NCBI GenBank assembly: GCA_964487115.1
Contig: CAZAPD010000025.1
Coordinates: forward strand, 1 to 45,870
Reading direction: 5' to 3'
Source of the DNA: an uncultured Thermococci archaeon
GTDB lineage: Archaea; Methanobacteriota_B; Thermococci; Thermococcales; Thermococcaceae
Length of the DNA: 45,870 bases
This document shows, one piece after another, positions 1 through 8,434 of this stretch. A model generated the notes under the pieces. That model was not told the origin of the DNA and ran no database searches. It worked only from the letters and a program-made list of their open reading frames with translations. The translations under genes were made by a program, and so were the position numbers. The number at the start of each line of letters is the position of its first letter. Position 1 is the stretch's first letter.

Positions 1-24
1 TGGTTAACGGTAGAAAAGAACAAA

Positions 25-1104
25 TCAGAGCTCCAGCTCTTCCCTGTACTTCCTCAGTTCCTTCTCCATTATCCTCCTCGCCTGCTCCTCGACCATCGGC
101 TTGACGAGCTCTATGACACGCTTCTTGAGTTCATCGAGGCCTTCACCGGTGAGGGCTGAGATTCGGAGAGGTTCAAGACCTTTGGCTTTTATGAACTCCT
201 CGACTGTTCTGATCTTCTCCTCGTCCGCTATGTCCACTTTGTTGAGGATTACGATAAAGGGAAACTCACCGAACTCGCTGTAAATCTCCCCGAACAGATG
301 CATCTGCTCCTCTATTGGATAGCCACAGTACTCGCTGGGATCAAAGATGTAAATGATAACTTTCCCCAGATGTTTCAAGGCTAAAATTGCCTGTCTTTCA
401 ATTTCATTCCTCTCGCTCAGCGGCCTGTCAAGCAGACCGGGGGTGTCTATGACTTGATACCTGAGGTAATGCTCTTCAAACTGGCCGACGTTTATCCCTC
501 TGGTCGTGAAGGGATAGCTGGCAACTTCAGGCTTAGCATTGGTCAAAGCTCTAAGTAGGGTAGATTTACCGACATTTGGATGGCCTGATATAACAATCGT
601 AGGAAGATCCAGCTCAATAACTGGGAGTTCCTTGAGAACATTTCTTGCCTGATTGAGATATTCAAGGTTGTCGGCAATATCCTTGATGACGCTTGCAACC
701 CTGCCATAGAACTGTCTTCTGAGCCCGGCAATTTCATCGGGATCTTTAGAATATCGTATCTTCTCTGCATATCTCTGTTCAAGGGTACGTATTGTCTTTA
801 TCGCCCAGTTTACAGAAGCTAAAGCCCTGTGGAACTGGTTTCTGTCAACAAGGGCATCAACCAACTCCCTGTAAAACTCCGGAAGGGTTGAGACTCCAGG
901 CGTTCTGTCCAAGATTTTTTTCAGGTTGTCTCTTAGTATATTTGAAACAGTTCTGACCCTGAGCTCCTCCCTCTGGCGTGCCTTGCTCACCCTGTTACCC
1001 CGAGGTGTGAAGGCAGAAGCCGCTTTCTCAGCTCTTCTAAATGCTTTGTCAATGAGCTCATCAGCGGTAAGAACTGTAGGCATCTTTTCAAAGGGATTTT
1101 TCAT
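25..1104 (-). CDS. NOG1/Obg-family GTP-binding protein
   Basis: G1 GHPNVGKS, G2 YPFTT, G3 DTPG, G4 NKVD motifs after a helical NOG1-type N-terminus. Start placed at ATG 1104 (MKNPF) behind SD GAGGTGA. Confidence 0.93.
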   Translation of the reverse strand: MKNPFEKMPTVLTADELIDKAFRRAEKAASAFTPRGNRVSKARQREELRVRTVSNILRDNLKKILDRTPGVSTLPEFYRELVDALVDRNQFHRALASVNWAIKTIRTLEQRYAEKIRYSKDPDEIAGLRRQFYGRVASVIKDIADNLEYLNQARNVLKELPVIELDLPTIVISGHPNVGKSTLLRALTNAKPEVASYPFTTRGINVGQFEEHYLRYQVIDTPGLLDRPLSERNEIERQAILALKHLGKVIIYIFDPSEYCGYPIEEQMHLFGEIYSEFGEFPFIVILNKVDIADEEKIRTVEEFIKAKGLEPLRISALTGEGLDELKKRVIELVKPMVEEQARRIMEKELRKYREELEL

Positions 1105-1170
1105 CTCTCTCACCTCTCAATTTTCTCGCCTTAGCCTCCTTTGCACAGTGGTTTTTAAAGTCTTCTCTCC

Positions 1171-1974
1171 TTAAAGTTCGATAACCTTACCCACGTGGAG
1201 AGGTTCAACACGCTCTCCCAGTCTGCACCTCAGGTAAGAAAAGCTTTCAATGCCCGTGCAGTGGCCGGCATAGAGCTTTTCCGCCTTAAGATTCCGAACC
1301 ACCTCCCCAAGAATATTCTCCTTGGCATTTGCCAGATGAAAACCACCTATGAGAGCTTTTATGGGCTTGTTAAAGAGTTTCCCGGCATACCGTGCTATGT
1401 TAAGTATCCCACTGTGACCACATCCTGTTATTACGATGATGCCATCTCCTGCATCGACTATAAGAGCCATGTCATCTTTAACAGGATCTCTGAGAAGCCT
1501 TCCATTCTCAACTAAATAACCTACTGCCCGGTCCCATGTTATTCTTTCAATTTCCCCACTGCTCCATATTCTCTCCGCAAACTGAAAAGGATCTTTTGAG
1601 AGTATAAATTCGGCTCCAGCCTCTTCAAGCTCTCCCCTGCTGAATGGAAGACTTATGTCCCTGAGGTAAGGCTTTAAAGCCACTCTTCTTGAGAATATAT
1701 TCGGATGTGCGATTACGTTGAGCCGCTGGCTTCTCGCTTCTAACAGAGCCTTTAATCCACCCGTGTGGTCGTAATGGCCATGGGTCAGAAAAAGATAGTC
1801 TATATCCTCCGGATTTATTCCAAGCTCCTTCATGTTTTTCAGGAGAACATCCCCATCAACACCAGTATCAATGAGTACCCTCGCTTTATGTTCGAGGAGG
1901 GCTGAAAATCCATGGGCTCCATAGAAGCCTTTCCTAAATCCACTGTGGTTCTCAACAACAATTGTAACCTTCAT
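1171..1974 (-). CDS. MBL-fold metallo-hydrolase (MJ0301/TM1679-like)
   Basis: THGHYDHTGG (HxHxDH), GCGHSG, IGGFHL and GHCTG motifs. Start at 1974 or 1980. Confidence 0.85.
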   Translation of the reverse strand: MKVTIVVENHSGFRKGFYGAHGFSALLEHKARVLIDTGVDGDVLLKNMKELGINPEDIDYLFLTHGHYDHTGGLKALLEARSQRLNVIAHPNIFSRRVALKPYLRDISLPFSRGELEEAGAEFILSKDPFQFAERIWSSGEIERITWDRAVGYLVENGRLLRDPVKDDMALIVDAGDGIIVITGCGHSGILNIARYAGKLFNKPIKALIGGFHLANAKENILGEVVRNLKAEKLYAGHCTGIESFSYLRCRLGERVEPLHVGKVIEL

Positions 1975-1985
1975 GAACATCCCTC

Positions 1986-2020
1986 GAAAAGTTTATGTTC
2001 AAAGAGGGTTAAAACTTTTC
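1986..2020. promoter_or_regulatory. Face-to-face BRE/TATA promoters for the MBL gene and uppP
   Basis: GAAAAG-TTTATG on + (from 1986) and GAAAAG-TTTTAA on - (from 2020), inside a ~55 bp gap between divergent genes. Confidence 0.55.
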
Positions 2021-2030
2021 AGTGATTGAC

Positions 2031-2819
2031 ATGGATTATGTGCAGGCAGTTATCATTGGCATCCTTCAGGGAATTGTGCAGTGGCTTCCCATAAACAGCT
2101 CTGGTCATGTCATGAATACTGTAATAACGATGCTGGGCATGTCTCCTGCGGAGGCATATTCTTATCTAATCCTGTTTCATATGGGAGCCCTACTGGCTCT
2201 GTTTTATAGGTTCAGATATGACTTAGGAAAAATTCTAATGAATCTCATGACGTTTAGATGGGGTGAAGAAGAGAGCTTCCTGTTCTATTCCACACTCTTT
2301 ACTTTTGTTGTAGGGCTTCCTCTTTATAAAGGCATTAAAGGTTATATAAATCCAGAAATAATAAACGGTCTCATCGGGATTATACTCGTCTTCACTGGAT
2401 TGATGATGAGAGCCCCTCTTGAAAACGTGGGAAAGAGCATAAGACAAAGTAAAGAAGAGGTTACTGTGGCAGACGCTCTTATAGCAGGACTTGCGCAGGG
2501 AATTTCAATTATTCCCGGAATTTCCCGCTCAGGAATGACTGTAGGAGCTCTTCTTTTTCTTGGAGTCGACCAGAAAAAAGCGGTTAGAATGAGTTTCCTG
2601 ATGGGGATATTTGCCATAACAGGGCTCCTTTTCCTACACAGAGAAAGTGTAGCTCTTCCTTTAACAGTATCTTTAACAGCTGTACTTTCGGCATTTATCA
2701 TCAGTCTGCTCATGCTTGAAGTCCTAACCAAACTGGCGGAAAAGCTCGATTTTTCAAAGTTCTGCATTGTCTTCGGGTTTATAGCTGTTATAATGGCTGT
2801 ATTGGGGGTGTTGCTGTGA
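2031..2819 (+). CDS. uppP: Undecaprenyl-diphosphate phosphatase (BacA/UppP family)
   Basis: Polytopic membrane protein with WLPINSSGH and PGISRSG motifs. Motif-I Glu residues appear as Gln (see findings). Confidence 0.88.
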   Translation: MDYVQAVIIGILQGIVQWLPINSSGHVMNTVITMLGMSPAEAYSYLILFHMGALLALFYRFRYDLGKILMNLMTFRWGEEESFLFYSTLFTFVVGLPLYKGIKGYINPEIINGLIGIILVFTGLMMRAPLENVGKSIRQSKEEVTVADALIAGLAQGISIIPGISRSGMTVGALLFLGVDQKKAVRMSFLMGIFAITGLLFLHRESVALPLTVSLTAVLSAFIISLLMLEVLTKLAEKLDFSKFCIVFGFIAVIMAVLGVLL

Positions 2820-4075
2820 TTGGTGTTGTGCTTGCTGCAGGAAAGGGTGAAAGGTTAAGGCCTCTGACAGACGACAGGCCAAAAGTCGTTCTGAAGGTTG
2901 CAAACAGGCCAATAATAGAATACGTTCTGGAGAATCTGTCACCATTTGTGGACGAATTTCTCATCGTTGTGCGCTATGAAAAGGAGAAGCTTGTGCAAAC
3001 TCTCGGGGATGAATTCAATGGAAAGCCAATAATATATGTGGAGCAACTTGAAGGAGAAGGAACTGCAAGGGCAATCTATTCTGCAAAGAATTACATAGAG
3101 GACGAGGCATTCCTCGTTGCCAATGGAGATATATACTTTGAGCTTGACGGTGTCAAGGCGCTGATTCATGAATTTAAAAAACAAAAGGCTGATGCAGCAC
3201 TTCTAATTAAGGAATTTGATGATCTAAGCCATTTTGGCATGGTTAATATCAAGGAAAATCTTGTGAGAGAGATAAAAGAAAAACCCGGCAAAATTGGAGG
3301 ATATGCCAATTTGGGGGTCTATGCATTTACACCTGAGATATTTAGATTCATTGAGCGAACAGGAGTAAGTGCGCGTGGGGAGTACGAAATAACCGATACG
3401 CTAAGCCTGATGTTGAAAGAGGGCAAAAAAATAACATACGCAGTATATGATGGCTACTGGAATGATATTGGAAGACCATGGAACCTGCTCGAACTCAACG
3501 AGTATCTCCTGAAAAAATATCTCCAGCACAACATCAGAGGCGTTGTTGAGGAAGGAGCAACATTAATCCCACCTGTTGAGATAGGGGAAGGAACTGTTGT
3601 TAGAAGTGGGGCATATATCATAGGGCCTGTAAAAATAGGTAGAAATTCCAGGATAGGGCCCAACTGCTTTATTCGTCCATATACCAGCATAGGAGATAGG
3701 TGCCATATAGGAAACGCCGTAGAGGTTAAGAACTCAATCATAATGGATTATTCCAACGCTCCTCATCTCAACTATGTTGGGGACTCCGTGATAGGAGAAA
3801 ACACAAACCTTGGTGCTGGAACAATAACAGCCAACTTGAGGCATGACCGAGGCAACATAAAAGTGGAGATAAAAGGAAAGCTTGAAGATAGTGGAAGGCA
3901 TAAACTCGGAGCAATAATCGGCCATAACGTTAAGACAGGCATAAACGTGACAATTTACCCCGGCAGAAAGATAGGGAGCAATACATTTGTTGGGCCGGGG
4001 GTTATAGTCGACAAAAATATTCCTCCGAATACTCTGGTTTCTGTAAAACAGGAAAAAGTCATTAGAGAGAGGTGA
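2816..4075 (+). CDS. glmU: Bifunctional sugar-1-phosphate nucleotidylyltransferase/acetyltransferase (GlmU-like)
   Basis: LAAGKGERLRPLT..PK nucleotidyltransferase motif, EKP, and C-terminal hexapeptide repeats with HLNYVGDS. GTGA overlap with uppP. Confidence 0.88.
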   Translation: MIGVVLAAGKGERLRPLTDDRPKVVLKVANRPIIEYVLENLSPFVDEFLIVVRYEKEKLVQTLGDEFNGKPIIYVEQLEGEGTARAIYSAKNYIEDEAFLVANGDIYFELDGVKALIHEFKKQKADAALLIKEFDDLSHFGMVNIKENLVREIKEKPGKIGGYANLGVYAFTPEIFRFIERTGVSARGEYEITDTLSLMLKEGKKITYAVYDGYWNDIGRPWNLLELNEYLLKKYLQHNIRGVVEEGATLIPPVEIGEGTVVRSGAYIIGPVKIGRNSRIGPNCFIRPYTSIGDRCHIGNAVEVKNSIIMDYSNAPHLNYVGDSVIGENTNLGAGTITANLRHDRGNIKVEIKGKLEDSGRHKLGAIIGHNVKTGINVTIYPGRKIGSNTFVGPGVIVDKNIPPNTLVSVKQEKVIRER

Positions 4076-4079
4076 GAGG

Positions 4080-5189
4080 ATGAGCTTCATACCTTATTTG
4101 AATTTTTTCTCCCGCTGGGTACTCTTTTTTGCAGTAAGCTATAAAGCTGCTACAACAAAGGAGAAAAGCTGGGTTCTTCTGAGCTTTGCAACCTTTGTAG
4201 ATGCCCTCAATATCGAGAGTTACATATTAATACCTCTTGGACTTACAATAAAACCAGAGGCATATGATGTAGCAAGTAAGATACCAAACTTTTTCATTGC
4301 TGCGCTCCTTGGATGGGGAGCACTTAAACTTAAAAAACGTGTAACAACCTTCAAAGATACTCTATACATTGGCCTATTCTTAGTAACGGCTTATGTCTGG
4401 ATATTTCTGCTGGCAACTCAGTTTTTTGATAAATTTCCACATAGCTTTTTCTTAAAATCCCTCTACCCCTCTCTCGCTCTCGGAGGCTCAATGATTTTCT
4501 TAGGTTATGTCCTGAGAGATTACGTAATTTCAAAGAGAAGCCTTGAAGAACTTCTCCCATGGGGCCTCATAGTCATCGGAGCACTGAATCTTACCTTCCC
4601 AATAACCCGACCTATCCCATGGTTTGCCCATTTTGGATTCCTGATAGCTGCAGTGTCCAGACTTATGGCAGCTGTTGGTGCTGTAGTTTTTGTATTCTAT
4701 CCAATTAAAGCGCCCTCAAAAACCCCCAAACTCGTTTTGGAGAGTAAGGCGTTAATTTTCACAAAGGAAGAAACTCTCAGGAGACATTTCCCAAATCTAT
4801 TTAAAGAAGCTAATGTTATACTTATAACTCGGAAAGATCCAGAATGGATTAAACAAAATATGAACCAGCATAACATTGCTTTTTGGATAACAAGAAGTAG
4901 TGAAGGAGAGATTAATGGCACTTCAATATATGCAATATCACCAACAAAACTTGAAATTTTAATAGATCTCGTAACCAAAGAGCTCATACAGGGGTATAAC
5001 ATAGTATATATGGATGCCTTTGAATACATTGCAGTTGAAAACTCTTTTGAAAGTGCATTAAAATTCCTCCTATCTCTGAGAGATAGGATACTTTCAAAGA
5101 GAGCCGCATTAGTTGTAGTATTAAATCTAAAAGCCCTTAATGAAAGAGAAAAAGCCATTTTACTCAGAGAGTTTGAACTTGTGGAGTAA
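4080..5189 (+). CDS. DUF835 protein (multi-TM N-terminus fused to an inactive KaiC/RecA-like domain)
   Basis: About 7 hydrophobic segments followed by FWIT...ISPT.L...YMDAFEYIAVENSFESALKFLLSLRD, typical of DUF835. Confidence 0.8.
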   Translation: MSFIPYLNFFSRWVLFFAVSYKAATTKEKSWVLLSFATFVDALNIESYILIPLGLTIKPEAYDVASKIPNFFIAALLGWGALKLKKRVTTFKDTLYIGLFLVTAYVWIFLLATQFFDKFPHSFFLKSLYPSLALGGSMIFLGYVLRDYVISKRSLEELLPWGLIVIGALNLTFPITRPIPWFAHFGFLIAAVSRLMAAVGAVVFVFYPIKAPSKTPKLVLESKALIFTKEETLRRHFPNLFKEANVILITRKDPEWIKQNMNQHNIAFWITRSSEGEINGTSIYAISPTKLEILIDLVTKELIQGYNIVYMDAFEYIAVENSFESALKFLLSLRDRILSKRAALVVVLNLKALNEREKAILLREFELVE

Positions 5190-5222
5190 TAACAGAACAA
5201 TAGAAACATAAATAGAATTAAA

Positions 5223-6395
5223 TCAAAATTCAAGCTTTTCTAAGAATTTCTTTGTATATTTCACATCCCTTGCAAGCTCTACCTTTTGGAGGAGTTGTCT
5301 CTCAATAGCTCTAAGAGCGTCATGAACTGCTTGAATCGCTCCCCATGTTTCCCCTGTTGCTATTAGAATGCCCTTGTCGGTTACAATTCTCATCCTTGCC
5401 TGATACAGATGAACTCCACGGAATTTCTCATTAAATCTTCTTATGTAGAGATATATTATACCTTCATTACCGAGAATCTCCTCATAACCATCAACGAACT
5501 TTCTGATATCACTGATTATTCTCTCTCTCGTGAAATCACTCAATACCGCAGCGTCACCTCCAAGTTGAAGATAGAACTTCGCTTCTTTTTCTACCATCCT
5601 TGAAATTGGAAGCAAAAGATCTTTTACCGTTAAGATACCTCTAACCTTGTTTTCATCGCTTACAACCACGAGTCCATCGATGTTGTTGTCGAGCATAAGT
5701 TCAATTGCTTCTTTAACCGCTGCATTTGGATATATCGTTATAACACCCCTTATCATGACTTCTCTAAGTTGAGTTGAAAACGGTGGGATTTTTTCACCAA
5801 CCAGTTCACCAGTTTGAGCTTTAAATCTTGGCTTTATAAAGCGGATTATAAGATCGTGCAGTGTAACCAAACCTTCGAGCTTACCTTCATCATTTACTAT
5901 GGGAATTCTTGAAATTGCGTGATCCCTCATTGTGGCGAGAGCTTTTGCCACGGTGTCATCTGGCTTTAGGGTTATAACCTCTGCTGTCATGAATTCCTCC
6001 ACTTTTCTTCTTCCAAACTGTCCTTTTGCAACACGTTCTAAGAGGACAATATCACTAATTACACCATAAATTTCTTTCTTGTTTTCACCAACAGGAAGTG
6101 AACGGAGATCAGTTTCAAGCATGAGCTTTGCAGCTCTACTTAAATCCTCTTTTGGCCTGATTACAGGTGCAGGCTTATAAACATCTTTGACTTTAGCTTT
6201 TGTGGGATCCCATTTTAAATGGGATCGTATAATTAAATCCTGAGTTACTACACCCTTATACATTTTCCTGTCAAACACCAAAATCAAATCCGGATCTTCA
6301 GTTTCAAAAATTCCAATAGCTTCAGAAAGCGGGGCATTGATATCAATCCGAGAAAACCTGTCTGTCATGACTTCTTCTACCAGAATTCCTACCAT
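5223..6395 (-). CDS. 4xCBS-domain protein with C-terminal HPF/RaiA-like domain (putative ribosome hibernation factor, HibA-like)
   Basis: Four CBS repeats (e.g. VEEFMT..VITL, SRIPIV, GLVTLHDL) plus a ~115-aa tail ending in AIQAVHDALRAIERQL, resembling the HPF C-terminal helix. SD GGAGGTGA precedes ATG 6395. Confidence 0.8.
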   Translation of the reverse strand: MVGILVEEVMTDRFSRIDINAPLSEAIGIFETEDPDLILVFDRKMYKGVVTQDLIIRSHLKWDPTKAKVKDVYKPAPVIRPKEDLSRAAKLMLETDLRSLPVGENKKEIYGVISDIVLLERVAKGQFGRRKVEEFMTAEVITLKPDDTVAKALATMRDHAISRIPIVNDEGKLEGLVTLHDLIIRFIKPRFKAQTGELVGEKIPPFSTQLREVMIRGVITIYPNAAVKEAIELMLDNNIDGLVVVSDENKVRGILTVKDLLLPISRMVEKEAKFYLQLGGDAAVLSDFTRERIISDIRKFVDGYEEILGNEGIIYLYIRRFNEKFRGVHLYQARMRIVTDKGILIATGETWGAIQAVHDALRAIERQLLQKVELARDVKYTKKFLEKLEF

Positions 6396-6529
6396 TGCTG
6401 TCACCTCCATTCAATATATTCTATGTCTTCCATCCCATTTAAACCTTGCTAAGAAGTTCATACTATTAGGAAAAAGTTAGAACAGCCTCAATCTTTCAGA
6501 TTAAAAAATAATTAAAAAACAAAGCAATA

Positions 6530-6838
6530 CTACCGGCCTGCTATTTTTAGCATCATCTTCCACATTCTCACAGTATATTCCATAGTGGGGGGATAACTTT
6601 GCACAATCTCAGTTATCTCAGCTTCACTTCCAAATACCGGAAATTCCGCCATTATCTCTCTGATGGATTCTCTATCTGGTGATTCCCATAGAGTATATGC
6701 CCCAAAATTGAAGTTGTAACTGGCCATGAACTTTACATCTGGGGGTAGTTTAACTTCAGTAAAAAATTTAAATGCTTCTTTCATAGCATCCAGCTGTTTG
6801 CTTTCTGGCCATTTATGGGTTATAAGATACATTGGCAT
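6530..6838 (-). CDS. Small hypothetical protein, probable ferredoxin-like dimeric alpha/beta barrel (DUF3303/DUF4242-like)
   Basis: MPMYLITHKWP...GAYTLWESPD pattern. SD GGAGGTG before ATG 6838; an alternative in-frame ATG at 6862 has SD GGTGA. Confidence 0.65.
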   Translation of the reverse strand: MPMYLITHKWPESKQLDAMKEAFKFFTEVKLPPDVKFMASYNFNFGAYTLWESPDRESIREIMAEFPVFGSEAEITEIVQSYPPTMEYTVRMWKMMLKIAGR

Positions 6839-6984
6839 GCTAACACCTCCATATTTTTCCATAACAGTTTCTCACCTTTATCGGATGGAGCACGGAGAAG
6901 GGGGAGAGTCCATGAGATCTTGTTGCTCCATCTTATCAAATTTTCTTCCCCTTCTGGAGAATTATAGAAAGTTTATTTTAATGT

Positions 6985-7023
6985 TATATAAAGATTTTCC
7001 TGCAGTACTTTTGTATATACAAA
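6985..7023 (-). promoter_or_regulatory. BRE/TATA promoter plus upstream perfect 14-bp palindrome
   Basis: Minus-strand GGAAAATC-TTTATATA (7000-6985); palindrome TTTGTATATACAAA at 7010-7023. Confidence 0.55.
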
Positions 7024-7107
7024 GATTATCTGGACTTATATCCACTAAAAGTTTGGGATATTCTGCACGAACATTGCAAGGGTTTTTGTTCGATAAAGCA
7101 GGTTAGA

Positions 7108-7122
7108 CTAAAAATTTATAAA
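7108..7122 (+). promoter_or_regulatory. BRE/TATA promoter for tRNA-Ser
   Basis: A-rich BRE followed by TTTATAAA at 7115-7122. Confidence 0.55.
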
Positions 7123-7195
7123 CATCATTGGAAGTTCTCGTCATGTAAAGCCATGTTATGTTAGGATGCTCCGTCTGGAGAGAACTGTGGAAAAT

Positions 7196-7282
7196 GCCGG
7201 GGTAGCCTAGCTCGGGAAGGCGGTGGACTCGAGATCCACTGGGCGTTTGCCCGCCAGGGTTCAAATCCCTGCCCCGGCGCCA
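7196..7282 (+). tRNA. tRNA-Ser (anticodon CGA)
   Basis: Acceptor GCCGGGG/CCCCGGC, anticodon arm GTGGA-CT-CGA-GA-TCCAC, long variable arm GGGC..GCCC, T-loop TTCAAAT, discriminator G and encoded CCA. Confidence 0.97.
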
Positions 7283-7331
7283 TCCTGCCGGGCCCTTGGA
7301 GGATTCCCCCTGTGTTTTTATTAAGACTTGC

Positions 7332-8353
<1,022 letters not shown>

Positions 8354-8434
8354 TACTTCCCAAGTACTCTCAATATGTTTCATTACTCGAAAACCTTTTA
8401 TTTCCTAAGTAGGTTTTACCTCTGTGGTGGAGAG

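Noticed and set aside
1986..2020. 9-bp inverted repeat GAAAAGTTT/AAACTTTTC as a hairpin or operator
   Set aside because: More simply explained as two facing BRE/TATA elements of divergent genes.
6884..6955. Fluoride riboswitch or H/ACA RNA assignment for the structured leader
   Set aside because: Lacks the GGCGAUG..CGCC and CUGAUGA pattern of crcB RNAs and has no 3' ACA or clear K-turn; kept as an unclassified structure.
6726..7106. 126-aa + strand ORF
   Set aside because: Overlaps the better-supported minus-strand gene and its promoter, with no SD or recognisable motif.
7196..7330. tRNA-Ser as the attachment site of an integrated element
   Set aside because: No integrase gene and no duplicate of the tRNA 3' half seen in the window; the neighbours are mostly core genes.
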